Below the pieces are notes generated by a model. The model did no database searches, was not told the origin of the DNA, and worked only from the letters and a program-made list of their open reading frames with translations. The position numbers and the translations under genes were made by a program. From positions 32,236 through 96,235 of the forward strand of contig JBAXOY010000001.1 of assembly GCA_037133055.1 (NCBI GenBank): a stretch of DNA of 64,000 bases, in the 5' to 3' direction. Shown here in pieces: positions 12,411-20,124 of this stretch (positions are counted from its first letter, which is position 1; every line of letters starts with the position of its first letter). This DNA is from Chlamydiota bacterium (lineage in GTDB: Bacteria > Auribacterota > Tritonobacteria > UBA1439).

Positions 12411-12440
12411 TTGGGATTTGGGATCTGGGATTTGGGATTT
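12411..12440. repeat. (GGGATTT)4 tandem repeat (locus c), intercistronic
   Basis: GGGATTTGGGATCTGGGATTTGGGATTT between BMC-H stop and BMC-P1 start. Four G3 tracts spaced by 4 nt. Confidence 0.85.
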
Positions 12441-12455
12441 ACCCCGGAGGGGTTC

Positions 12456-12767
12456 ATGCAGCTCGGCAGAGTGGTGGGTTCGGTCGTCTCGACCCGGAAG
12501 AGCGAGAACATCCAGGGGCTGAAGCTCCTCCTGGTCCAGCAGCTCTCCCACGGCGGGAGCGCTCTCAAGAACTACGTCATGGCGGTCGACGTGGTGCAGG
12601 CGGGGACCGGCGACGTGGTGCTCTACTCCGAGGGGAGCTCATGCCGGCAGACCGCCCAGACCGACAAGCGGCCCGTGGACGGGGTCGTCATGGCGATCGT
12701 CGACACGTGGGAAGTCGGAGGCAAAGAGGTCTATTCAAAGTCGCGCGAGGACGGCGCATCGAAATGA
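12456..12767 (+). CDS. BMC vertex pentamer protein (BMC-P; EutN/CcmL/PduN family), paralog 1
   Basis: MQLGRVVGSVVSTRKSENIQGLKLLLVQQ... matches PF03319 N-terminus. GGAGGGG SD 5 nt upstream. Confidence 0.8.
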   Translation: MQLGRVVGSVVSTRKSENIQGLKLLLVQQLSHGGSALKNYVMAVDVVQAGTGDVVLYSEGSSCRQTAQTDKRPVDGVVMAIVDTWEVGGKEVYSKSREDGASK

Positions 12768-13036
12768 AAATCGGGAAAGTAATCGGCACGGTGGTGGCGA
12801 CCCGGAAGGTGGAGTCGCTGAACGGCGTCAAGCTCCTCCTCGTCCAGCCGCTCGACGAAGACGGAAAGCCCGCGGGCGAGCCCGTCGTCGCCTGCGACAG
12901 CCAGCAGTCCGGCCCCGGGGAGACCGTCTTCTTCATCGGCGGCCGCGAGGCGTCGCTGCCCCTGCCGGAGCCTTTCAATCCCGCCGACGCGGCCATCACC
13001 GGGATCATCGACGCCGTGACAAAGGACGCCCCATGA
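12764..13036 (+). CDS. BMC vertex pentamer protein (BMC-P), paralog 2
   Basis: MKIGKVIGTVVATRKVESLNGVKLLLVQPL... ATGA start/stop overlap with paralog 1. Confidence 0.8.
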   Translation: MKIGKVIGTVVATRKVESLNGVKLLLVQPLDEDGKPAGEPVVACDSQQSGPGETVFFIGGREASLPLPEPFNPADAAITGIIDAVTKDAP

Positions 13037-13362
13037 AGATCGGCACCGTCATCGGCACGGTGGTGGCGACCCTGAAGCCCGAGGGGTTCAACGGCCGCAA
13101 GCTCCTCCTCGTCCGCCCCGAGGACCCGTACGGGAAGAAGACCGAGACCCCGGTGATTGCCGTGGACACGGTCTCTGCGGGGGAGGGCGACCGGGTGATC
13201 TTCGTGGACGAGGGGAACTCCGCGCGGCAGGTGCTGGACTGGAAGGACGGCTGCGTGCGCGCCGTCATCGTGGGCTACATCGACGAGATCGACATCCCAC
13301 GAAATCCCAAATCCCCGGATTCAAATCCCAAATCCCAAATCCCGAATCCCAAGAAGAAGTAG
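13033..13362 (+). CDS. BMC vertex pentamer protein (BMC-P), paralog 3, with repeat-encoded C-terminal tail
   Basis: MKIGTVIGTVVATLKPEGFNGRKLLLVRPED... ATGA overlap with paralog 2. Last ~21 aa (PRNPKSPDSNPKSQIPNPKKK) are encoded by the (AAATCCC)n repeat. Confidence 0.75.
   Translation: MKIGTVIGTVVATLKPEGFNGRKLLLVRPEDPYGKKTETPVIAVDTVSAGEGDRVIFVDEGNSARQVLDWKDGCVRAVIVGYIDEIDIPRNPKSPDSNPKSQIPNPKKK
13302..13352. repeat. (AAATCCC)~7 tandem repeat (locus d; reverse orientation of GGGATTT)
   Basis: AAATCCCAAATCCCCGGATTCAAATCCCAAATCCCAAATCCCGAATCCCAA. Inside the 3' end of BMC-P3. Confidence 0.85.
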
Positions 13363-13495
13363 GTTCCCGCTATGCCTCTTCTGTGACGCCAAGGGTGCCT
13401 TGCGTCGTCGGGATTTCGCTTCCGCTGATTGAGAAGACCCTCCAGGAGAGGGGACTGCCGGGGACCCGGATAGGAAGAGAAGGGTGTGTCTCTTT

Positions 13496-13522
13496 GATTT
13501 GGGATTTGGGATTTGGGATTTT
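13496..13522. repeat. (GGGATTT)~3.5 tandem repeat (locus e), inverted relative to locus d
   Basis: GATTTGGGATTTGGGATTTGGGATTTT. Overlaps the proS stop codon (minus strand). Confidence 0.85.
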
Positions 13523-15236
13523 ATTCCAGTGCCCGCCGCACCATCCCCGCGATCTCATCTGCGGCGCCCCCCATGTCGACGAGCCGCGCATCCTTCTCGC
13601 CCCGGACCTTCAGCTCAACCTTCCCCTGCGCGAGACCCTTCGGCCCGACGACGACCCTGAGCGGGATGCCGACGAGGTCGGCGTCCTTGAACTTCACCCC
13701 CGGCCGCTCGTCCCTGTCGTCGAGGAGCACCTCCACCCCCCGCACCTCGAGGGCGGCGCAGAGCTCCCCGGCGGCGCGTATCGTCGGCTCGTCCGTCACC
13801 TTCATCGCGATGATCTCGACGTGGTACGGCGCGATGGCCATCGGCCATATGATCCCGTCGGCGTCGTGGTGCTGCTCGATCGCGGCGGCGACGGTCCGTG
13901 TGACGCCGATGCCGTAGCAGCCCATGACGAACGGCTTCGCCGCCCCGTCCTCGTCCGAGAACGTCGCCCCCATCGACTCGCTGTACTTCCTGCCCAGCTT
14001 GAAGATCTGCCCGACCTCGATCCCGCGGTACGCCGTGAGCGGCGCGCCGCACCTCGGGCACCCGTCGCCCTCCCGGCTCACGGCGAGGTCGTGGTACTCC
14101 GCGGCGGTAAAATCGCGACCCTCGCTCACCCCCGCGAGGTGATGGTCGGTCCGGTTCGCCCCCGTGACGCCGTCCCGCATCCCCTTCACCGTGCGGTCGG
14201 CGATGACGAGGACCCCTTTGAGGCCGAGGGGCCCCGCGAAGCCGACCTCGGCCCCCGTGACTTTCCGGATCGCCGCCTCGTCGGCCAGCTCCAGCCCGGC
14301 GCGGCCGAGGGCCTTGCCGAGCTTCGGCTCGCTCACATCCCTGTCGCCGCGGATGAGCACCGCGACCGTCTCCTCCCCCGCGCGGTAGAGCAGCGTTTTG
14401 ATGAGCCGGTCCGGCGTCACGCCGAGGAACGCCGTCACCTCCTCGACCGTCTTCCTCCCCGGGGTGTGGACCTCGCGGAGCTCCGCCTCTTCGCGCTCCT
14501 CCGCAGGCGGCACCGCGCCGGTCGCCGTGTCGGTCGTCGCGGCGTAGCCGCAGGCCTCCGACGGGCACGAGATCACCACGGACTCTCCCGTCTCGGCGAG
14601 CACCATGAACTCGTGCGTGTCCTTCCCCCCCATGAGGCCGGGGTCGGCGAGCACCGCCCTGAAGGTGAGCCCGCACCGCCTGAAGATGCGGGAGTACACT
14701 TCGTGCATGCGCAGGTAGTACTCCTCGAGCGACGCTGCGTCCCGGTGGAATGAATAGGCGTCCTTCATCGTGAACTCTCTCCCGCGCATCACGCCGAAGC
14801 GCGGCCGCACCTCGTCCCGGAACTTGGTCTGTATCTGGTACAGGCAGAGCGGCAGCTCGCGGTAAGAGCGCACCTCGCCCCGCACCGTCGCGGTGATGAC
14901 CTCCTCGTGCGTGGGCCCGAGCGCGAACTCCCTGTCGTGCCGGTCCTTGAGGCGCATGAGCTCCTTGCCGTACTCGTCCCAGCGCCCGCTCTCGCGCCAG
15001 AGCTCCGCGGGGCTCAGGATGGGGAGGAGCAGCTCCTGCGCGCCCGCGCGGTCCATCTCCTCGCGCACGATGCGCTCGACCTTCCTGATGCTCCGCCACC
15101 CGAGCGGGAGGTAGGTGTAGACCCCCGCGCCGAGCTTCCGCATCATCCCCGCGCGAAGCATCAGCCTGTGGCTGGCGATCTCGGCGTCCGCGGGGCTCTC
15201 TTTCAATGTCGGTATGAATGCGTGTGTCCATTTCAT
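13521..15236 (-). CDS. proS: Proline--tRNA ligase
   Basis: Full-length class II aaRS with bacterial-type editing domain. Strong family similarity (MKWTHAFIPTLKE..., FTMKDAYSFH, GCYGIGVTR). Confidence 0.92.
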   Translation of the reverse strand: MKWTHAFIPTLKESPADAEIASHRLMLRAGMMRKLGAGVYTYLPLGWRSIRKVERIVREEMDRAGAQELLLPILSPAELWRESGRWDEYGKELMRLKDRHDREFALGPTHEEVITATVRGEVRSYRELPLCLYQIQTKFRDEVRPRFGVMRGREFTMKDAYSFHRDAASLEEYYLRMHEVYSRIFRRCGLTFRAVLADPGLMGGKDTHEFMVLAETGESVVISCPSEACGYAATTDTATGAVPPAEEREEAELREVHTPGRKTVEEVTAFLGVTPDRLIKTLLYRAGEETVAVLIRGDRDVSEPKLGKALGRAGLELADEAAIRKVTGAEVGFAGPLGLKGVLVIADRTVKGMRDGVTGANRTDHHLAGVSEGRDFTAAEYHDLAVSREGDGCPRCGAPLTAYRGIEVGQIFKLGRKYSESMGATFSDEDGAAKPFVMGCYGIGVTRTVAAAIEQHHDADGIIWPMAIAPYHVEIIAMKVTDEPTIRAAGELCAALEVRGVEVLLDDRDERPGVKFKDADLVGIPLRVVVGPKGLAQGKVELKVRGEKDARLVDMGGAADEIAGMVRRALE

Positions 15237-15246
15237 GGCATTTTTC

Positions 15247-16299
15247 CTACTCCACCGTCACCTTCTCCGTCGCCACGGCGAGCGCGGTCTCGGCGCGCGC
15301 GATCGAGTGGAGCGGGATCAGGGCGAGGTGGATGGTGTAGATGCCCGGGTGCGTCGCGGGGTCTATCACGGCGTCGACAAGGGTTTTGTAGACGGGCAGC
15401 CTGATCCCATCCGGGTCGCTGATGAAGGGGATGACTCCGGAGGTGATCCTGCCCCTCTTCGTGAGCGAATATTTCTTTCCGTCGGGCGCAATGATCACGG
15501 CGTATCCCTTCACGGCCGCCGGCAGAGGCTGTGCGATGGCATCGAGCGAAAACTTCTCCCCCGCCCTGACCTTCCTCCCGCTCGGCGCCGCGTACAGGGG
15601 TGCAAGGGGTTTAAGGCCCAGCATCTTTCTCGCCTCCGCAGGGGTGGCGATCGGCCGCTTCAGGGCGCGCGCGATCGAGACCGCCTGCCGCAGGTAGTCG
15701 AGGTTGACGGGATTCCCCTTGTAGGGCCACGCGCGGCTCTCGCGGAGGCCGAGGCGGAGGTGACCGCCTTCCCGGATGATCTTCCGCATCGCCTCGATCG
15801 GCGCCTTGCCGCCTGCGGGCGAGAACAGGGTCCTCCTCCCCTGCGCGGCGCAGAGCTCGATCCGGCCGTTGCATCGCGCCCACTCGATGACCTCGGTCGT
15901 CGCCCCCGCGAGATCGACGTCGAGAATGACGGCGGGCGCCGCCTGGAGCACGCCCTTCACGACCTCCCGGTAGTTCGCGAGGCTCCGGTCGTAGCGGCAG
16001 CCCTCCGGTCCGCTCTCCGGCGCGAGCGGCTGCACGCGCACGACGGTGGCTCCGATACGAAGGCACTCCCCCACCTCCCCGAAATAGTCGCGCGGGCGCG
16101 TCGGGGCCTCGGCGCAGGGGGCGCTCCCCGGCTCCGGCACCAGCGCCACCTCGATGATGAGCGGCGCAGGCCCGCGTTTCGCATGCTTCGCGGGCGCGGA
16201 TTTCGGCATCTTCACGAGCCGGGGCTGCGGATTGTTCTCGGCCCGCGCGCACGCGTAGAGCAAAGCGGCGGCACAAAGAACGGCGGCCGACCTTCTCAT
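15247..16299 (-). CDS. Hypothetical secreted/lipoprotein; weak resemblance to DUF849/BKACE-like TIM-barrel proteins
   Basis: N-terminal signal peptide with Cys (LLYAC). No confident family assignment from sequence alone. Confidence 0.4.
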   Translation of the reverse strand: MRRSAAVLCAAALLYACARAENNPQPRLVKMPKSAPAKHAKRGPAPLIIEVALVPEPGSAPCAEAPTRPRDYFGEVGECLRIGATVVRVQPLAPESGPEGCRYDRSLANYREVVKGVLQAAPAVILDVDLAGATTEVIEWARCNGRIELCAAQGRRTLFSPAGGKAPIEAMRKIIREGGHLRLGLRESRAWPYKGNPVNLDYLRQAVSIARALKRPIATPAEARKMLGLKPLAPLYAAPSGRKVRAGEKFSLDAIAQPLPAAVKGYAVIIAPDGKKYSLTKRGRITSGVIPFISDPDGIRLPVYKTLVDAVIDPATHPGIYTIHLALIPLHSIARAETALAVATEKVTVE

Positions 16300-16670
16300 C
16301 GCCCCTTCCCCCGTATCTCTTCAACGATCTCGTTCAGCCGCCACTCGAGCCCCGAGAGGACCCAGAACATGAAGTGCATCTGGCGCGAGTAGCTGTGGAG
16401 GAGCCACATGATCTTGAGCGAGATGAGCACGATGCCGACCTCGATCATCGAGAGGGTGAGCCTGCCGTGCGTGAGGAGCGACACGGCGAAACAGGCGGCG
16501 ATGGCGACTGCAAAGAATATATTGAGAAGCTTCTGCTTGAACGTGGGGACGCCGCCGATCCTCCCGACGATGGCCCGGATGCGCTCCTTCTCCCTCCTGA
16601 AATGCTCGATCTCATCGACTAGGGCGGACTCCTTCTCCCTGTCGATATCCCTCGCGGCGCCGTTCGTCAT
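16296..16670 (-). CDS. Hypothetical small membrane protein
   Basis: Two predicted TM helices. 4-nt overlap with upstream gene. Start at MTNGAARD uncertain. Confidence 0.3.
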   Translation of the reverse strand: MTNGAARDIDREKESALVDEIEHFRREKERIRAIVGRIGGVPTFKQKLLNIFFAVAIAACFAVSLLTHGRLTLSMIEVGIVLISLKIMWLLHSYSRQMHFMFWVLSGLEWRLNEIVEEIRGKGR

Positions 16671-16740
16671 GGCGGCACAATACCAGCTTCCGCCCGCACG
16701 TTCAACCGCAAAAGCCCCGCACCCGTATGGAGTCACTCAT

Positions 16741-16800
16741 GGGGAGCTCCCCCATTATCCCCCTCCCCCCTTGAGGGGGGGGTCGGGATGGGGGGTGAAA
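16741..16800. terminator. G/C-homopolymer-rich hairpin / possible terminator or G4 motif
   Basis: GGGGAGCTCCCCCATTATCCCCCTCCCCCCTTGAGGGGGGGGTCGGGATGGGGGG between the alkD stop and the next minus-strand gene. Confidence 0.25.
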
Positions 16801-16849
16801 ATACCCGCCGTAAGTGCCCCCAGTATCCGCACCCGGATCGCCGGATGCG

Positions 16850-17563
16850 CTATCTGGTGCCGTGCAGGTATGCGCGTCGTTCGGTCTCGGGCAGTTTTTC
16901 GATGGCGTAGCGCAGCATGGTTCGGGGCATTTCCTTGTAGTGTCGCGCCAGGAACTGTTCCTCTGTATCCGGGTTTCTCTTGCCCACCTCGCGCACCATC
17001 CACCCCGCGGCCTTGTGGATCAGGTCCTCCCGGTCATACAGCAGCAATCCCGCGACCGCCAGGGTATCCGCGAAGTCATTTCTCTTTACGAAGTGAAACG
17101 TGGACATAATGGCGATTCTTCGCTCCCACATATTTTTCGACCGCGCGAGCCGGTAGAGGGGCTTTCTGTCTCGCCTAAACAAGTGCGCCCCCACAATATG
17201 CTCCGCAGAACAATCGACCAGATCCCAACTGTTGATGTGGGCCGTGTGGTTCAAGTACGCGCGGTAGACAGCTTTCTTCTCGCCGGTCCCTCGGGACGAG
17301 GAATACCGCGCGACGAGTATCAGCAGGGCAAGGAGTCGGGCTTCATGGAAGGGGGATTTCAGTAATCCCAGGGCTTCGTCGAGGGATATTTCCCTGTACT
17401 CCCCGCAGCATTGTCTGAGGGTCGGGACACGGATGCCGAGGAACGTATCTCCTTCCCCGTATTCTCCCTTTCCCGTCCTGAAGAATCGCCGCGACTGGGT
17501 CGCGACGCCGGGATCGCCCAGTTCACGCAACCTGCGCACAATCTGCCCGGTGTGGACGCTCAT
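16850..17563 (-). CDS. DNA alkylation repair enzyme (AlkD/AlkC-like HEAT-repeat glycosylase family)
   Basis: Family-level similarity to PF08713 across the full length (…WDLVDCSAEHIVGAHL…, …GWMVREVGKRNP…). Confidence 0.7.
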   Translation of the reverse strand: MSVHTGQIVRRLRELGDPGVATQSRRFFRTGKGEYGEGDTFLGIRVPTLRQCCGEYREISLDEALGLLKSPFHEARLLALLILVARYSSSRGTGEKKAVYRAYLNHTAHINSWDLVDCSAEHIVGAHLFRRDRKPLYRLARSKNMWERRIAIMSTFHFVKRNDFADTLAVAGLLLYDREDLIHKAAGWMVREVGKRNPDTEEQFLARHYKEMPRTMLRYAIEKLPETERRAYLHGTR

Positions 17564-17958
17564 CGCGCCTCACGGGGAACACTTTTCCTCCGGCCACATC
17601 TCCCGCGTGTGCCCACCCCATAGGGAGAGGACTGTTCTCTCATCATCCGAATACAGTACGAATTAAGGCTCTGGCCCGCGCGCGCGGCGCGAATCGCCAA
17701 TTCCTTGTGCATTTCTTTTCCGACGCGCACGACAAATTTCCCGGAATAGTCCGATCGGACGGTGGGCGTCGGCAATGGATCGCCGTCATCCTCATGGATC
17801 TTCAGCCATTCGTCCACGGTTCGGCAGAGATCCCCGTAGACCTCCGATTCGACAGGGCCATGAACGCCCCCTAACATCAAGCCGGGACAGGTGCCTACAT
17901 AGCATTGATCTTCCTCCGACCACTCCACGATCTTCAGATACCGGTCGCTCGGTTTCAT
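17560..17958 (-). CDS. hicB: HicB-family antitoxin
   Basis: N-terminal HicB/RNase-H-like fold (MKPSDRYLKIVEWSEEDQCYVGTCPGL) plus C-terminal RHH-like SGKFVVRVGKEMHKELAIRAARAGQSLNSY. 4-nt overlap with hicA. Confidence 0.7.
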   Translation of the reverse strand: MKPSDRYLKIVEWSEEDQCYVGTCPGLMLGGVHGPVESEVYGDLCRTVDEWLKIHEDDGDPLPTPTVRSDYSGKFVVRVGKEMHKELAIRAARAGQSLNSYCIRMMREQSSPYGVGTRGRCGRRKSVPREAR

Positions 17959-18149
17959 GGCGCCACCTCTCGAATAGCCTTCAGCAGTTCTCTTTCCTGA
18001 TATCGCTTCGCATCCTGTCCCGGCCGGCCGCTGATGGTGATCTTGACTCCTTTCGAATGTTTGAAATTGCGATGGCTTCCCTTGCCGCCGCGATTGATGA
18101 AGCCAGCCCTCTCCAGATCTCGAACAAGCTCCCTGATCTTTCTCGGCAT
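17955..18149 (-). CDS. hicA: HicA-family mRNA interferase toxin
   Basis: 64 aa with GSHRNFKH motif characteristic of YcfA/HicA. Toxin-first gene order typical of hicAB. Confidence 0.7.
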   Translation of the reverse strand: MPRKIRELVRDLERAGFINRGGKGSHRNFKHSKGVKITISGRPGQDAKRYQERELLKAIREVAP

Positions 18150-18175
18150 GGCACTATAGTACTATAGTGATATCA

Positions 18176-18784
18176 TTAAGTCAATCGAGCAGACTCGGAA
18201 ATATGTGTATCTTCATAAAAGAAACCCCGGTTTGCCACGCGACCTTTATCGCGAAATGCGATGCCTTCCATCTCCAGGAGAGCCCGTTTCATTTTCAATC
18301 CGCCCCCATAGCCGCCCAGGGAGCCGTCGGAACTGATCACCCGGTGGCAGGGGATGACAATGGGAAAGGGATTGGTCGCCAGGGCCGCCCCGACGGCGCG
18401 GGCGCCGTTCGGATTGCCCACGTGTTTCGCAATGAGACTATACGTGCTGACCCTGCCGCGGGGAATCGCGTGGTCGGCGCGATGGACTTTCTGTTGAAAG
18501 GCGGAGCAGAGTTCGAGGCGGACCGCGTCGAGAGAGAACCGGATATCCTCGCCGCTCAGGGATGCCTCGATCTGACCGACAAGGATGTCGATTTCCGGGC
18601 AGGAGGAGGCAGCGGAATCAGGGAAGCATTTCCTGAGAGCGTGCGCGGCAGGGAATCCCGGCTTTGATATCAGGATGCGGCAGATCCCTGGCTCTCGTCC
18701 GTAAGCCGACCAGAGCACAGCCACGGGGCCGAAGGGGGTGGCGCGCAGACGATAGAAAGTCGGATTTGGCACTACCTGTTTCAT
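18176..18784 (-). CDS. ogt: Methylated-DNA--protein-cysteine methyltransferase
   Basis: Active-site IPCHRVI. Helix-turn-helix NPFPIVIPCHRVISSDGSLGGYGGG. Confidence 0.82.
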   Translation of the reverse strand: MKQVVPNPTFYRLRATPFGPVAVLWSAYGREPGICRILISKPGFPAAHALRKCFPDSAASSCPEIDILVGQIEASLSGEDIRFSLDAVRLELCSAFQQKVHRADHAIPRGRVSTYSLIAKHVGNPNGARAVGAALATNPFPIVIPCHRVISSDGSLGGYGGGLKMKRALLEMEGIAFRDKGRVANRGFFYEDTHISESARLT

Positions 18785-19059
18785 GCGTCTCACGGGGCTT
18801 CGGCTGACCTGCGGCCCGACGCGAGCCTGCTCGCCCAAGGGCTGTCAGGTCCAGCCGCTGGTTGGGCCGCGCGCAGTGAACCCATCAGCAACCCATCAGG
18901 GGCAGACCCCTCCTCTACACAAGTTTATCGTGAATCTGTCTCACCCGTTTCGCCAATCTTCGGTCTTTCACCATCTGCTACTGAATGCGCGTATGATTAA
19001 TCGTCACCGCAGCTCCGTTTTCTGACCCTGATATTTCTCTGATCTCTCTCAGAAAGAGG

Positions 19060-20124
19060 TTATTGCGCCTCCGCAGACAGGAACTTGAACGGTTCGGCAT
19101 TTTTAAACATTGCCGCCGCGCTGCCGCTGTAGGTCTCGCCGCCTGAGAGCGTCAGCTTCTTGACCGGTGCCCCCCCTTTGAAGTCCAGGTCCGCCAGAGG
19201 CACCCGGAACACGGTCGGGCTGGTGGCCGAGTCGAAATAAAGAACTTTGTTCTTGTGGTCGTAGACTGTGCGCCAGATCGTGCTGGAAATGTTGGGCTGG
19301 CCCGGGGTGGTGATGCCCAGCGGGACCGAGACGCCGCGAATCACGCTGAAGACCGAGGCTACGGCTCTCTTGTGTTCGTCGGTTTTGGGGATGGCGTTGA
19401 TGTAGAAGGAGGCACGGGCGAAGCGGTCGGCGGCCCTGTTGGTGCCCGGGAGAAATGTCAGCCCGCCGATTTGCTCCCAGTACTTGTTGAGCGCGAGCTG
19501 CTGGTCGAAGGTCGGGGAGTTGGTCATGACCTGGTACTCGCGCCCGTGGTGGATGACCAGCGTGCCCTTGACATACTCGAAAATCGCCGAGTCGCCGCTC
19601 GGATCCGAGATCGCCATGTGCCCCTGGGCGTGGGCGCCGGTTGGCAGTATGGGGGCGATGATCACGAAGGGCTCCCTGCGCAAGGCGTCGACCGCCTCGG
19701 CGACGGTGGCGAAGTTGTCCAGCACATATTGGGCCCAGGCGGTGATCGAGAGAGTCGACTGCGTGCCGTCAGGTTTGCCGTAGTCGGATTCAACCAGGAA
19801 GAGGATGTTGGAGACCAGGCCCTTCTCGTTCATGCCGTCGACGGAGCCGACATCATAGAAGGCGCAGATGACGCTGCCGTACGCGCTGGTCCAGGCGATG
19901 GAATTGGGGCCCGCTGCCCCGTCGCGCTTCATGCCGCGCGGAAAGCAATAGAGGTTCGTGCCCGGGTCCTCCGCCCAGTCCATCGACCGGGCGACGATGA
20001 CCGTGTCCTTCGGCCCAAGGTAAACGCAGCGGGTGCACGCGTCGGAGGCGGTCGGCAGAAGCGCCGCACAGGCAACGGCGGCTCCCAAGACAGTGACGAT
20101 TCGGGTGACGATAGTGTGTCTCAT
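19060..20124 (-). CDS. Choloylglycine hydrolase / linear amide C-N hydrolase family (Ntn hydrolase), secreted
   Basis: Signal peptide followed by the nucleophile Cys (…SDA|CTRCVYLG). Family-typical RSMDW and NEKGL motifs. Confidence 0.75.
   Translation of the reverse strand: MRHTIVTRIVTVLGAAVACAALLPTASDACTRCVYLGPKDTVIVARSMDWAEDPGTNLYCFPRGMKRDGAAGPNSIAWTSAYGSVICAFYDVGSVDGMNEKGLVSNILFLVESDYGKPDGTQSTLSITAWAQYVLDNFATVAEAVDALRREPFVIIAPILPTGAHAQGHMAISDPSGDSAIFEYVKGTLVIHHGREYQVMTNSPTFDQQLALNKYWEQIGGLTFLPGTNRAADRFARASFYINAIPKTDEHKRAVASVFSVIRGVSVPLGITTPGQPNISSTIWRTVYDHKNKVLYFDSATSPTVFRVPLADLDFKGGAPVKKLTLSGGETYSGSAAAMFKNAEPFKFLSAEAQ

Noticed and set aside
12062-12568. 168-aa minus-strand ORF opposite BMC-H
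   Set aside because: Antisense to a near-consensus BMC-H gene. No independent support.
10686-13522. Heptamer repeats as a CRISPR array or telomere-like sequence
   Set aside because: The unit is 7 bp with no unique spacers between copies. No cas genes are present. The context is an ordinary chromosomal gene neighbourhood.
11777-13591. Short ORFs containing NPKSQIP / KSQIPNP peptides (for example 11910..12092, 12321..12551, 13370..13591, 10669..10962)
   Set aside because: These are simply translations of the (GGGATTT)n / (AAATCCC)n repeat in various frames. They have no starts with SD sequences and overlap real genes.
13615-15231. 538-aa alternative-frame ORF inside proS
   Set aside because: Arg/Gly-rich low-complexity product in a different frame of a gene with strong ProS similarity.
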